A DNA stretch of 52,016 nucleotides from a virus (lineage: Duplodnaviria; Caudoviricetes), in the IMG/VR virus record IMGVR_UViG_3300030380_004731, positions 1 to 52,016 of that record, one strand, 5' to 3'. This document shows positions 18,284 through 28,563 of this stretch, piece by piece (position 1 is the first letter of the stretch; each line of letters starts with the position of its first letter). The notes under the pieces are model-generated. The model saw only the letters and a list, made by a program, of their open reading frames with translations, did not search any database and was not told the origin of the DNA. The translations under genes were made by a program, and so were the position numbers.

Positions 18284-19744
18284 ATGGCAGTTTTATCAAC
18301 ACCGGGATTTGACTTACAACCAAGTGCACAACAGGTCCCAACATCAACAAACTACATTACCAATTTTAATTTCTTGAATCAGTATCTACCTGATACTTAT
18401 GAAAAAGAATTTGAAAGATATGGTAATAGAACAATCGCATCTTTCCTTAGAATGGTAGGAGCAGAGATGCCTTCAAACTCAGACCAAATAAAATGGGCGG
18501 AGCAAGGACGATTACATATAAAATATACTAAAGTAGGAGCGGCAGCCGCAGGTACCGGATTAAATACTATGGATATACAAATTAATGACGATGCTGTCCC
18601 TGCAGGCTTAGTAACTCCAAACGGAACAACAGCAGGTACTCCTTTCAACGCTACAAATGGTATAGCTCTTAGAGTTGGACAAACAGTTATGTTAGTTCCA
18701 AATGCAGGGGGTGCAAGTAACAAAGCAGTAGTTACAGGCACTGACTTAGCTAACAAACAAGCTACCTTACATTTTTATGAAGGTACAGGTTTAGCAGTAG
18801 CAGGTACAGGAATTGCTAATGCTGATTACACTCTATTTATATATGGTTCTGAATTTAAGAAAGGAACAGCAGGAATGTCAGGAAGCCTTGAGGCGGATGA
18901 CTATATCTTTGCTAACAATCCTATCATTATCAAAGACACTTATAAAGTATCAGGTTCTGATATGGCTCAAATCGGATGGATTGAAATTTCAACTGAAGAT
19001 GGAGGCACAGGATACCTTTGGTATTTAAAGTCTGAACATGAAACAAGACTACGTTTTGAGGATTACCTAGAAACAGCAATGATTGAAGCAGTTCCTGCTG
19101 CAACAGGATCAGGTGCTGTAGGACAAGGATTTATAGGATCTGAAGGTATCTTCCATGTTGTAGAGAACAGAGGTAATGTATGGGGTGGAGGAAACCCTGT
19201 AGCATTAGCTGACTTTGATGCAGTTATTCAAAGATTAGATAAGCAAGGTTCTATTGAAGAAAATGTTATCTTCTTGAATCGTCAGTTTAGTTTTGATATG
19301 GATGATATGTTAGCAGCTCAAAATTCTTACGGAGCAGGTGGTACGTCTTACGGACTATTTGACAATGACGAAGAGATGGCTCTTAACTTAGGATTCTCAG
19401 GATTCAGAAGAGGATATGACTTCTACAAGACAGATTGGAAATACTTAAATGATCCAACAATGAGAGGTGGTATCACAGGAGCAGGTGTAGGAATCAATGG
19501 ACTATTAGTTCCTGCAGGTTCAACTTCTGTTTACGATCAAATCCTTGGAAAGAATGCAAAACGTCCTTTTCTTCATGTACGTTACAGAGCTTCTGAAACA
19601 GAAGACAGACGATACAAATCTTGGGTTACAGGTTCAGCAGGAGGAGCAAGAACTTCTGACGATGACTTTATGCAAGTAAACTTCTTATCTGAAAGAGCAG
19701 TTTGTACGCTTGGAGCGAACAACTTCTTCTTATTCAAAGACTAA
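18284..19744 (+). CDS. Major capsid protein (segment B)
   Basis: 486 aa after portal and scaffold; KWAEQGRL, PIIIKDTYKVSGSD, ETRLRFEDYLETAMI; followed by a strong terminator. Confidence 0.8.
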   Translation: MAVLSTPGFDLQPSAQQVPTSTNYITNFNFLNQYLPDTYEKEFERYGNRTIASFLRMVGAEMPSNSDQIKWAEQGRLHIKYTKVGAAAAGTGLNTMDIQINDDAVPAGLVTPNGTTAGTPFNATNGIALRVGQTVMLVPNAGGASNKAVVTGTDLANKQATLHFYEGTGLAVAGTGIANADYTLFIYGSEFKKGTAGMSGSLEADDYIFANNPIIIKDTYKVSGSDMAQIGWIEISTEDGGTGYLWYLKSEHETRLRFEDYLETAMIEAVPAATGSGAVGQGFIGSEGIFHVVENRGNVWGGGNPVALADFDAVIQRLDKQGSIEENVIFLNRQFSFDMDDMLAAQNSYGAGGTSYGLFDNDEEMALNLGFSGFRRGYDFYKTDWKYLNDPTMRGGITGAGVGINGLLVPAGSTSVYDQILGKNAKRPFLHVRYRASETEDRRYKSWVTGSAGGARTSDDDFMQVNFLSERAVCTLGANNFFLFKD

Positions 19745-19757
19745 GAACACATATAAG

Positions 19758-19784
19758 GGGAGGGTTAATTCCCTCCCTTTTTTT
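19758..19784 (+). terminator. Intrinsic terminator after capsid gene
   Basis: GGGAGGG-ttaatt-CCCTCCC followed by TTTTTTT. Confidence 0.85.
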
Positions 19785-19808
19785 ATTATAAATTTTAAAT
19801 CAAATCAA

Positions 19809-20561
19809 ATGAAAACAAAAAAACAAGCACCTACTGCAAAACAGTATAGGTTAAAACAAAAAGCAGCTCCTTTATCTTATTTACTTCCTACAAGACACAC
19901 AAGGAGATCACCATTACTTTATTTCGATAAAGACAAAAACATAAACAGACCTTTAAGATATTCATCTAATCAGAAGAGTCCTTTCGAGGATGATCAGGAT
20001 GGAAACTTTATAATTGAGCCAATCATTTTTGAAGATGGCTTTTTAACAGTTCCTGCTAACAATCCTGTTCTTCAACAATTCTTATACTATCATCCGCAAA
20101 GAGATATTGTATTTGAGGAGGTGGATAAAGAAAGAGATGCTAAAGAAGTTGTGGAAGAATTAAATGCAGAAGTAGATGCTTTAATTAAAGCAAGACAACT
20201 TACTTTAGAACAATTAGAGAATGTGTCACGTATATTGTTTAATGTTGACGTATCTAAAGTTTCAACAGCAGAATTAAAAAGAGATGTTCTTATATATGCA
20301 CGTAATGAACCTGAAAACTTTTTAGAAGTATTATCGGATCCTGAGTTAGACCTTCAAGCTAAGGTAGCTATATTCTTTGAAAAAGGATTACTTGGATTTA
20401 GAAATAAACAAAAAGATGTTTATTTTAATACATCATCAAATAAAAAGAGAATGTTGACTATTCCTTATAACGAAGATCCTTACTATGTAGTTACTTCATA
20501 CTTACAAAGTGATGATGGTATTGATGCATTAAAGATGCTTGAAAGCCATTTAGAAGACTAG
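19809..20561 (+). CDS. Hypothetical protein; start revised to ATG 19809
   Basis: The track's 19710 start runs through the terminator; MKTKKQ start follows an A-rich leader. Confidence 0.7.
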   Translation: MKTKKQAPTAKQYRLKQKAAPLSYLLPTRHTRRSPLLYFDKDKNINRPLRYSSNQKSPFEDDQDGNFIIEPIIFEDGFLTVPANNPVLQQFLYYHPQRDIVFEEVDKERDAKEVVEELNAEVDALIKARQLTLEQLENVSRILFNVDVSKVSTAELKRDVLIYARNEPENFLEVLSDPELDLQAKVAIFFEKGLLGFRNKQKDVYFNTSSNKKRMLTIPYNEDPYYVVTSYLQSDDGIDALKMLESHLED

Positions 20562-20572
20562 ATTTTTTTAAC

Positions 20573-20580
20573 TATCTTTG
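20573..20580 (+). promoter_or_regulatory. Bacteroidota -7 element (TATCTTTG)
   Basis: Intergenic TAnnTTTG upstream of 20612. Confidence 0.65.
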
Positions 20581-20611
20581 TAGTATTATTAACCCATTAA
20601 ATTTTTAAACA

Positions 20612-20896
20612 ATGGCAAAGTTTTTATCAATCCCTGTAACAAGTCAGGGGAATCAATTAGTATCTGCTGATAACATTAAACTTATTGAGCAGGCTTCAAC
20701 TACTACCGTAACTATTGTATATGGTGGAGCAGCAGCACAAGATGTTATAACAATTACTCACGCTACTCAATCAAGTGGTCAAGAGATGAGAGATGTTATT
20801 CAAGATGCAGTTGTTGATGCACATCAAACTTCGTGGCACAATGTTGTGACTACAGTAGCACCTACTAAAGCAGTAAGTGGTATTGCTATAGCATAA
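20612..20896 (+). CDS. Small Thr/Ala/Val-rich protein, possible capsid decoration protein
   Basis: 94 aa with its own promoter and terminator; composition typical of virion proteins. Confidence 0.5.
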   Translation: MAKFLSIPVTSQGNQLVSADNIKLIEQASTTTVTIVYGGAAAQDVITITHATQSSGQEMRDVIQDAVVDAHQTSWHNVVTTVAPTKAVSGIAIA

Positions 20897-20918
20897 TATA
20901 AACCATAGTTTTATTATT

Positions 20919-20951
20919 AGAGGATGTAAAAAAATGCATCCTCTTTTTTTT
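20919..20951 (+). terminator. Intrinsic terminator
   Basis: AGAGGATGTA-aaaaa-TGCATCCTCT followed by a T-run. Confidence 0.75.
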
Positions 20952-20954
20952 CTT

Positions 20955-20962
20955 TATCTTTG
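20955..20962 (+). promoter_or_regulatory. Bacteroidota -7 element (TATCTTTG)
   Basis: Right after the terminator; TTATCTTTGTAAAAAGAT is identical to the 9716 copy. Confidence 0.7.
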
Positions 20963-20976
20963 TAAAAAGATCACAA

Positions 20977-21723
20977 ATGATAAACTCGATCAGAAACACT
21001 GTACTATCCATTATAAATAAAAATAACTATGGATATATTTCTCCTTCGGACTTTAATCTATTTGCTAAACAAGCACAGCTAGATTTGTTTGAAGATTATT
21101 TTTACACGTACAATTTTCAAATCAACAAAGAAAACGCAAGAAGATCAGGAACAGGTTATGCTGATTTAAAGAAAGGATTAGCAGAAGTAATTGAATCTTT
21201 TTCGGTTAGTGCTGACCTATCACAAAACTTAGGGAATACTTTTATTGTACCGACAGCAGCTACTACAGGTAGTGATTACTATCTTATCAACAAAGTATTG
21301 TTTGATACCGGAGTGGCAGGAACACCTTTAAGAGAAATGGAAAAGGTAAGCCATACTAAAATAACCATGCTAAACAATTCTTTACTTACAGCACCTAACG
21401 AAACTTTTCCTGCGTATACTTTAGAGGGAGATCTTATTACTGCATATCCTGCCACTATAGATGGTAGTGGGACTCAAAAGGTTAACTGTCAATACTTTAG
21501 GTATCCTAAAGACCCTAAGTGGACCTATGTAGTTCTTGCAAGTGGAACACCTGTATTTGATTCTACACAACCTGACTTTCAAGATTTTGAATTACCTTTA
21601 TCTGACGAGCCATATTTAGTTTCAAAAATATTACAGTATGCAGGAGTTTCAATAAGAGAGAGTGAAGTGGTGCAATTTGGTAAAGCTGAAGAAACACAAA
21701 ACATTAACGAAGAAAGTAGATAA
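20977..21723 (+). CDS. Tail ring/tubular protein (adaptor-like)
   Basis: NKNNYGYISPSDFNLFAKQAQ, YFRYPKDPKW, FELP...ILQYAG; resembles crAss-like ring proteins. Confidence 0.6.
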   Translation: MINSIRNTVLSIINKNNYGYISPSDFNLFAKQAQLDLFEDYFYTYNFQINKENARRSGTGYADLKKGLAEVIESFSVSADLSQNLGNTFIVPTAATTGSDYYLINKVLFDTGVAGTPLREMEKVSHTKITMLNNSLLTAPNETFPAYTLEGDLITAYPATIDGSGTQKVNCQYFRYPKDPKWTYVVLASGTPVFDSTQPDFQDFELPLSDEPYLVSKILQYAGVSIRESEVVQFGKAEETQNINEESR

Positions 21724-21725
21724 CA

Positions 21726-22649
21726 ATGGCATATTTAACTCAGTATCAATACTATGAAAATGCAGGAGTAGCTCCTACAAATACTAATTGGGGTTCATAC
21801 CAATACGTTAGTTTAGAAGATGTTGTTAACAACTTTATGTTAATGTATAGTGGCAACCACGAACTAATAAACAACGAAGAAAGATATAAGATTTTATTCC
21901 ATGCTAAAAGAGCAATACAAGAATTAAACTATGATGCGTTTAAAGAAATTAAAACATTAGAGCTTACAGTATGTGATTTAGTAAGGTTTGTTCTTCCTTC
22001 AGATTATGTTAATTGGGTAAGAATATCTTTATATAAAGATGGTGTTCTAAGACCAATGACAGAAAACATTCAAATAAATGGAGCGAAAGCATACCTACAA
22101 GACAATGATTGTAATATATTGTTTGATGTAAATGGCAATGCACTGTCTCCTCAATACTCACAGCTTGACTTTGATAGAATAACAGGGTCAAAGAAAAGTA
22201 TTTACCTTAACAAACAAAGCCCTTATGACGGAAGAGAGGGTTACTGCTGTGATGGTAATTGGTATTTTGATTATGCTATAGGTGCTAGATATGGTTTAAA
22301 TACTGAGACCGCTAACAATAATCCTACATTTAGAATTGACAACAAAGCAGGAGTTATTAACTTTAGTTCGGAAATGTCAGGAGAAACTTGTATATTGGAA
22401 TATGTTTCTGATGGTATGGAAGGCGGAGTAGATGCAAACATTACAGTTAACAAGTTGTTTGAAGATTTTATTTATGCATATATTCAATATGCTGTTCTAA
22501 ATAGTAAGGTTGGAGCACAAGAGTATATAGTGCGTAGAGCACAGAAAAACAAATCAGCTTTACTTCGTAATGCTAAAATCAGAATCAGTAATATACATCC
22601 GGGTAGACTCTTAATGAATCTACGAGGAAGAGATAAATGGATAAAGTAA
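21726..22649 (+). CDS. Second tail ring/tubular protein
   Basis: LPSDYVNWVRIS, ILEYVSDG; between ring and muzzle genes. Confidence 0.55.
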   Translation: MAYLTQYQYYENAGVAPTNTNWGSYQYVSLEDVVNNFMLMYSGNHELINNEERYKILFHAKRAIQELNYDAFKEIKTLELTVCDLVRFVLPSDYVNWVRISLYKDGVLRPMTENIQINGAKAYLQDNDCNILFDVNGNALSPQYSQLDFDRITGSKKSIYLNKQSPYDGREGYCCDGNWYFDYAIGARYGLNTETANNNPTFRIDNKAGVINFSSEMSGETCILEYVSDGMEGGVDANITVNKLFEDFIYAYIQYAVLNSKVGAQEYIVRRAQKNKSALLRNAKIRISNIHPGRLLMNLRGRDKWIK

Positions 22650-22650
22650 T

Positions 22651-25600
22651 ATGCCTAATTTAAAAAGGAATTTTATAAAAGGTAGAATGAACAAGGCTGT
22701 CGATGAGAGACTTGTGCGTGATGGCGAATACATTGATGCAATGAATGTTCGTCTTGGTTCTACTGAAGAGACAGAAATTGGTTCAGTAGAAAACTCAAAA
22801 GGAAACTTACTTGCAACCCCTGCTCTTATATCTTTTAATGGATATGATCTTAGTACATCAGCAAGATGTATAGGAGCCTTTGAAGATGGTGTAAATGAAA
22901 CTTTATATTGGTTTGTAACCGATCCTGCATTCAATGTGTTAGGATCGTCTACAGGTAAGTTAGATTTAATTCTTTCTTTTAATATTCAAACAAATATTGT
23001 CACCTATCATATAATAAGCATTAATGATGGAGGCGGAGTAAACACAACATTAAACTTTAATTCAAAGTATCTTATTACAGGAGTTAACCTAGTAGATGAT
23101 ATGTTGTTTTTTACGGATGACCTAAATCCTCCTAGAAAAATAAATGTTACTAAAAGCTATCCTGCTCCGACTACCGCAGGAAGTATTGACGATGCTAATT
23201 TAGCTGCAGATATATTGGTTATTAAAGCACCACCTGTAGCCTCTCCTAGCTTTACTTTGTTTGATTCAGGATCTCAAGATAATTTTTTAGAGAGAAGATT
23301 TATTTGCTTTGCATATAGATATAGATATGAGGACAATGAATATAGTGCCACCTCACAATTTTCAGATGTAGCTTTTTCAAGTAAACAATTTGATTTAGAT
23401 ATTTCTAATTTTCTTAATGGAGGAATGCTTAATGTATTTAATACAGCAGAGGTTACTTACAATACAGGAGGACCATTAGTTAAAGGAATTGATTTACTAT
23501 TTAAAGAAGCAGATAACACAACCATTCGTGTTATTGAAAAGATTGAGAAGTTTGAAAATGGAGCTCAAGTAATATCGGATAATATTGATAGAACATTTGA
23601 GTTTGATAACAGTCGTATATATACAGTATTGCCTTCATCAGAGATATTAAGACTATATGACAATGTGCCAAGATTTGCAAAGGCACAAAGTATAATGGGT
23701 AATCGTTTGATGTATGGAAATTATGTAGATGGATATAATTTAATAGACAAGAGCGGAAATGATTTAAGGCTTGATTATCTTACAGAACTACATACCAATA
23801 CTGTTGAATTTACATCTATACCAAGTGCATCTATTGTTAAAAATTCTTTTACATATGGAGCAGGAGCAGGAGGAGCTACTATTGGAAATGCTAAACTAGA
23901 AGTAGATCTTAGTGGATTATCTTTAACTGCAGGAAGCACTTTAACAGTTTCTATTACTTTTACTCATAATAGTTTTGGAGGACCGGGAGCAGCTCCTACA
24001 GCTAAAACCACCAACCAAACCATTACACTATCTTTCAATCTGCAACAGGATTACACATCGGTTCAATCAATGGTAGACAGTTCGGAGTTTAAATCAGCTA
24101 TTGGATATAACAATATTGATACTCTTGCAAATGCTTGTACTGCATCATCTTTAAGTGATAATATGCGATGTGTATTACCTTCAGCTTTAGACTCATATGT
24201 TAAAACCGAAACAGGTTTAAATGGTTTTTCACCTTATCCTAATAGTGAGGGGATGTGGCAAGCAACTGCATCGGGATCTAATGTATTGAATATAGCTTTG
24301 TTAGCTTCTTTATACGTAAATGGATCAGTCAATATTTTTGAATATTATAAAATAGTTACAGCTACCGCTTCATTTTTTAATACCGACACCGCAAAAAGTT
24401 TACATAGCGACAGAGATTATGAAGTGGGTATTGTGTATATGGATGAATTTAATAGAGCTACTACTGCTCTAGTAAGTGATGAAACAAATACTATTCATGT
24501 GCCTTGTGATAATTCAGATTTGCAAAATCAAGTAAAGGTTACTCTTGATCCTACTATGCTTGCTCCTGCGTGGGCAAAAAGGTATAAGTGGGTAATGAAA
24601 CAAGATAAAGATACTTATGAAACAATTCTTTCACAATTTATTGTTAAAGATCCAAATAGTAATTATGTATGGTTTTTACTTGAAGGAGAGAATGCAAACA
24701 AGGTTGCTGTTGGAGATAAATTAAAAGTAAAGACAGATACAAATGGAGCTGTTAATACTTGTGCTTGGACAACTGTATTAGATAAACAGGCACAGCCCGA
24801 AGACTTTTTAATGCCTTCAGGTGGCACAGGACCTTTATCTACTGCAGGGGTATATATGAAATTAAACCCTACTAATTTTGCAGCCATTGTTAGTACGGCT
24901 ACTTCGGTTGTTGATTTTGGATTAGAGGAAAGCGATCAAGTAGGATGCTTAGGTGCAGATAGTGATACTCATCCTTTTTTAAATTATATTGTTAATCAAC
25001 TCGATCCTACTACAGGAAACTATGTGGATGTAGATGTGCCTGCAGGAAGTAGAATTGAAGTGTTTGTTGAGTTTAGAAGAAATGGAACAGGAAATCAATG
25101 TGAAGGACAAGTTTACACTATTGACCAAACTTTTGTTTCTACTGCAACTTATAATAATATAGCAGAATGGTGGGCAGGTGACAATATAGATATTACAACA
25201 GGAATTTCACAAGTAATACCTTCAGGTGCAGGTAATCCTAATACTAATGAATATGTATCTCCTTATCCTTCTATTGCCAACTTAGCCTCTATTAGTATAG
25301 GTATAACACCTGTGCAACCAAGTAGAAATCTTTATAGGTTTGGAAGACATATTACAGGAACAAGTAATGAATTAGTTTTAGAACTTCGAGGAGGTACAGC
25401 TACTTGTTGTGGAATATCACCCAATAGAAGATCATCTATTCAATGTCATATAAAGTTATTTAAAGCAAGTGAAGTTTTTGTGTTTGAGACTGAAGCTAAA
25501 GACACTTCGCCTGATATATTTTATGAAGGAGCTATGTCGTATCCTATTGATGCTAATGGCTTTCACTTAACTACGAATCCTTCTGAACCTAACAATATAG

Positions 25601-27318
25601 ATCAAGATGCTACCACAGCAGGAGTAGCTTATCTTGACTTCTTTAACTGTTTTGCTTTTGGGAATGGAGTTGAAAGCTATAAGATTGAGGATTCGCTCAC
25701 AGGTAAATCATTTGCCCTTGGTAATAGAGTTACTGCAGTAGCAGCACAAGACTATAAAGAAGCTGATAGGTTTGCAGATATTACATATAGTGGTATAGTA
25801 AGCGGCGTGAGCAATGTAAATAAACTTAATGAGTTTAATCTTGGGCTAGCTAACTATAAGTCCTTAGAGGAGTCGTATGGATCACTAGAGATATTACACG
25901 CAAGGAAAACAGACTTACTTGCTTTACAAGAAGATAGAATATCTTTTGTTCAAGTAGGAAAGAACTTGCTAAGTGATGCAGTAGGTGGTGGAGCAGTAAC
26001 CTCAGTGCCTGAAGTGTTAGGTCAGCAAATAGCAAGACCTGAAGAGTATGGTATAAGCCATAACCCTGAGAGCTTTGCAGTGTATGGATACGATAAATAC
26101 TTTACTGATGCCAAGCGTGGAGCAGTATTACAGCTAAGAGGAACATCAGGACCTAATGAAAACTTAATTGTAATATCTGAGGCAGGTATGCGTAGTTGGT
26201 TTAGAGACCTGTTCAATACTTCTTTTAATACACAAAAGCTAGGAGGATACGATCCTTATATGAATGAGTTTGTATTATCATCCAATGATACGCTTTTGCC
26301 TACCGTTAAAGATTGTATTGCTTGTGGAAAAGGAGAACAAATATCTGTACAAGGAGGAGCACCCTATACTTTTTGTGTAGACTTCTCAGGTAACGTGGGG
26401 GATGTGGTATTAGCATATAACATTACGTCAGGTATAGCAAACATATCTGTAACATACAATGGTGTAACCACAAACACAGGGAGTGTTACCGGAGCAGGTA
26501 CATTTACTTTTTCTAAAGATGTTGTGAATGTAAATACTGCAAGCATAACAATTACAGCAATAGATGGCAATGCTTCTTTATCACTAGAAACGCCTTGCCC
26601 TATTCGTACAGAGATGGAGATAATCAAAATAGTTCTTACCTCAAATGTAAATGCTAATGAGTCTATTCACAATCAGTTTAGATATACAGCAGGAACATAT
26701 GTGTCTCGAACTAATTCTTCAGGTATGGTTTTCAAATCAGGATCAGCCACACCAATCGTCAGTGATTACACAAGATTAAAAGGAGCTAAAGGGGATGGTA
26801 TTATTCCTACTATTGGAAGTACAGTTACTATGATTAGTAGTAAGCAAGGTTTTGACAACTTCGTATTCGATACCAACAATAGCAAGTTTAGATTTTTAAG
26901 AAGCAATACTTTATATGATGGAGGTTCTTTAGCTGACATGACTACTATGATTGCTGCATCTACTCAGGCATTACCTCTTGTCACTACAAGAGCACCTCAG
27001 CAATACTCTGCTGACTTCACCATGCCTGCAGGTACGGAAAGATATTTATATCTTATATATGACTATAGAGATATTTACCAATGGGGACTATGCTTTGATG
27101 CATCAGTGGTATTAGATGTATGTTGCAACTGTACACATAATTGGTATCTAGTTAGAAACTCAGCAGATGCTGAAGAAGAATACTTTGCACAATCAGCAGT
27201 AGCATTAGTTATTGGAACACATTATAAATTAAGAGGACTAGGAGATAGATGTTTTGAAGTAATTAGCACAACAACTACTCGTCCAACACAAACAATAGAT
27301 GTAGCTTGTACACCATAA
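22651..27318 (+). CDS. Tail muzzle/stabilisation protein (P22 gp10/crAss muzzle-like), N-terminal part with accessory domains
   Basis: FIKGRMNKAVDERLV..GEYIDAMN, LFFTDDLNPPRKINV, FAYRYRYEDNEYS, GNRLMYGNY, YGISHNPESFA, YFTDAKRGAVLQL, GGYDP. Confidence 0.75.
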   Translation: MPNLKRNFIKGRMNKAVDERLVRDGEYIDAMNVRLGSTEETEIGSVENSKGNLLATPALISFNGYDLSTSARCIGAFEDGVNETLYWFVTDPAFNVLGSSTGKLDLILSFNIQTNIVTYHIISINDGGGVNTTLNFNSKYLITGVNLVDDMLFFTDDLNPPRKINVTKSYPAPTTAGSIDDANLAADILVIKAPPVASPSFTLFDSGSQDNFLERRFICFAYRYRYEDNEYSATSQFSDVAFSSKQFDLDISNFLNGGMLNVFNTAEVTYNTGGPLVKGIDLLFKEADNTTIRVIEKIEKFENGAQVISDNIDRTFEFDNSRIYTVLPSSEILRLYDNVPRFAKAQSIMGNRLMYGNYVDGYNLIDKSGNDLRLDYLTELHTNTVEFTSIPSASIVKNSFTYGAGAGGATIGNAKLEVDLSGLSLTAGSTLTVSITFTHNSFGGPGAAPTAKTTNQTITLSFNLQQDYTSVQSMVDSSEFKSAIGYNNIDTLANACTASSLSDNMRCVLPSALDSYVKTETGLNGFSPYPNSEGMWQATASGSNVLNIALLASLYVNGSVNIFEYYKIVTATASFFNTDTAKSLHSDRDYEVGIVYMDEFNRATTALVSDETNTIHVPCDNSDLQNQVKVTLDPTMLAPAWAKRYKWVMKQDKDTYETILSQFIVKDPNSNYVWFLLEGENANKVAVGDKLKVKTDTNGAVNTCAWTTVLDKQAQPEDFLMPSGGTGPLSTAGVYMKLNPTNFAAIVSTATSVVDFGLEESDQVGCLGADSDTHPFLNYIVNQLDPTTGNYVDVDVPAGSRIEVFVEFRRNGTGNQCEGQVYTIDQTFVSTATYNNIAEWWAGDNIDITTGISQVIPSGAGNPNTNEYVSPYPSIANLASISIGITPVQPSRNLYRFGRHITGTSNELVLELRGGTATCCGISPNRRSSIQCHIKLFKASEVFVFETEAKDTSPDIFYEGAMSYPIDANGFHLTTNPSEPNNIDQDATTAGVAYLDFFNCFAFGNGVESYKIEDSLTGKSFALGNRVTAVAAQDYKEADRFADITYSGIVSGVSNVNKLNEFNLGLANYKSLEESYGSLEILHARKTDLLALQEDRISFVQVGKNLLSDAVGGGAVTSVPEVLGQQIARPEEYGISHNPESFAVYGYDKYFTDAKRGAVLQLRGTSGPNENLIVISEAGMRSWFRDLFNTSFNTQKLGGYDPYMNEFVLSSNDTLLPTVKDCIACGKGEQISVQGGAPYTFCVDFSGNVGDVVLAYNITSGIANISVTYNGVTTNTGSVTGAGTFTFSKDVVNVNTASITITAIDGNASLSLETPCPIRTEMEIIKIVLTSNVNANESIHNQFRYTAGTYVSRTNSSGMVFKSGSATPIVSDYTRLKGAKGDGIIPTIGSTVTMISSKQGFDNFVFDTNNSKFRFLRSNTLYDGGSLADMTTMIAASTQALPLVTTRAPQQYSADFTMPAGTERYLYLIYDYRDIYQWGLCFDASVVLDVCCNCTHNWYLVRNSADAEEEYFAQSAVALVIGTHYKLRGLGDRCFEVISTTTTRPTQTIDVACTP

Positions 27319-27330
27319 AAAAATAAAAGA

Positions 27331-28266
27331 ATGGCAGCTTTTGGAACATATTATATTGATGCACCAACCCTAGAGGGAGCAACCGCAGTATATACAGATG
27401 CAGCACTAACAGTGTGTGCTACAGATGGAGTATATTCAGATGGCATTATATATCGTCAACAAACCTCTTGCTCATTGGGAGCACCGCTAACTTGCCCAAG
27501 CTGTGTGGGTGCTTGTACAACTCCTATTGCAGGAACAGGGGCACAAGGTGTTTACAATGTAGCTTTTAATGTAGGCACAGGAACGGGAGCAGTGATCATA
27601 ACTTTCACTCCTACAGGAGTAGCAGTTCCTAGTGCATTACAAGCTACTTTTGATGGAGCAATATACAATGCTTTTAGTACAGCAAACTTTGGATATAAAG
27701 CAGGAACTGCAGGACTGCCTACGTTTGTAGGTGATGTAGCAGCAGACTGTGGTATCGTAGCAGGAAGCCCTTATACATTAACTGAGTATAGTTATTCAGG
27801 AGGTGTCTTTTCAGCTACAGGTAGTACTGTTGTTAAGACAGTAGTTGCAGGTCAGATGCAAATGACTGTAGGTGTTCCGGGAGCTTGTGTAATGGTAGTG
27901 CCTAAAACAAGTCTTACTGCTAACTTAGATATTGAGATAACAGCTCCATGTGGTACGCCACCTGCTTGGTCTATAGCAGCCACTTGTCCTACAGCACTAA
28001 CAGGCTTTTCATCTACTACAGATGTGTCAGCCACTTCACTTGCTGCGTGTGCCTTGGCTACACCAACAACTTATTACAATGCCCCTGTAACGGGGACGGC
28101 AGGTAATCCAAACTTATATGATTGGATATTCACAGATGTTAACGGACAGTTTCCTTTGGCATCATTTAAAGGTGCAGGATATTATCATTGGGATGATGGT
28201 AGTGCTGCAGGTAGATGGATACAAATAGATAGTAACAGTGTGGTAATAAGCACAGGAGCTTGTTAA
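27331..28266 (+). CDS. Gly/Thr/Ala/Cys-rich tail appendage protein
   Basis: 311 aa beta-rich, many Cys, in the tail module. Confidence 0.55.
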   Translation: MAAFGTYYIDAPTLEGATAVYTDAALTVCATDGVYSDGIIYRQQTSCSLGAPLTCPSCVGACTTPIAGTGAQGVYNVAFNVGTGTGAVIITFTPTGVAVPSALQATFDGAIYNAFSTANFGYKAGTAGLPTFVGDVAADCGIVAGSPYTLTEYSYSGGVFSATGSTVVKTVVAGQMQMTVGVPGACVMVVPKTSLTANLDIEITAPCGTPPAWSIAATCPTALTGFSSTTDVSATSLAACALATPTTYYNAPVTGTAGNPNLYDWIFTDVNGQFPLASFKGAGYYHWDDGSAAGRWIQIDSNSVVISTGAC

Positions 28267-28277
28267 ATTAAAATACA

Positions 28278-28439
28278 ATGGCAAAGAAAGGAAGAACAAA
28301 AAACAATAAGATATGCCCGGCAGGAATAGCATGGGCAAAAAGAACTTTTGATAGATACCCGTCAGCTTATGCAAATATGGCTGCGAGTAAATATTGTAAA
28401 GACCCTAACTACGCAAAAAAAAGTAAAAAAGATGGATAA
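28278..28439 (+). CDS. Small basic protein (53 aa, not in ORF track) with YPSAYAN motif
   Basis: Hand translation MAKKGRTKNNKICPAGIAWAKRTFDRYPSAYANMAASKYCKDPNYAKKSKKDG. Confidence 0.7.
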   Translation: MAKKGRTKNNKICPAGIAWAKRTFDRYPSAYANMAASKYCKDPNYAKKSKKDG

Positions 28440-28563
28440 GAAAAAACTACAAAAAATTTCAAGTGAATTGAAAAAAGCATCTGCTCTGCATAAAGGTCAA
28501 GCAGCAAAGATTGATAAAATGCTAAAGAGTATGAAGCCAACTAAAAAAACGAAACGTGGGTGA
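28432..28563 (+). CDS. Small basic protein (43 aa); start revised
   Basis: MDKKKLQKISSELKKASALHKGQAAKIDKMLKSMKPTKKTKRG; 8-nt overlaps with both neighbours. Confidence 0.6.
   Translation: MDKKKLQKISSELKKASALHKGQAAKIDKMLKSMKPTKKTKRG

Noticed and set aside
12411-19744. Introns or inteins in terminase, portal or capsid genes
   Set aside because: ORFs are continuous, and no homing endonuclease or intein terminal motifs were recognised
28348-28431. Track start of ORF 28348..28563
   Set aside because: Overlaps the better-supported 28278..28439 gene; ATG 28432 gives typical coupling
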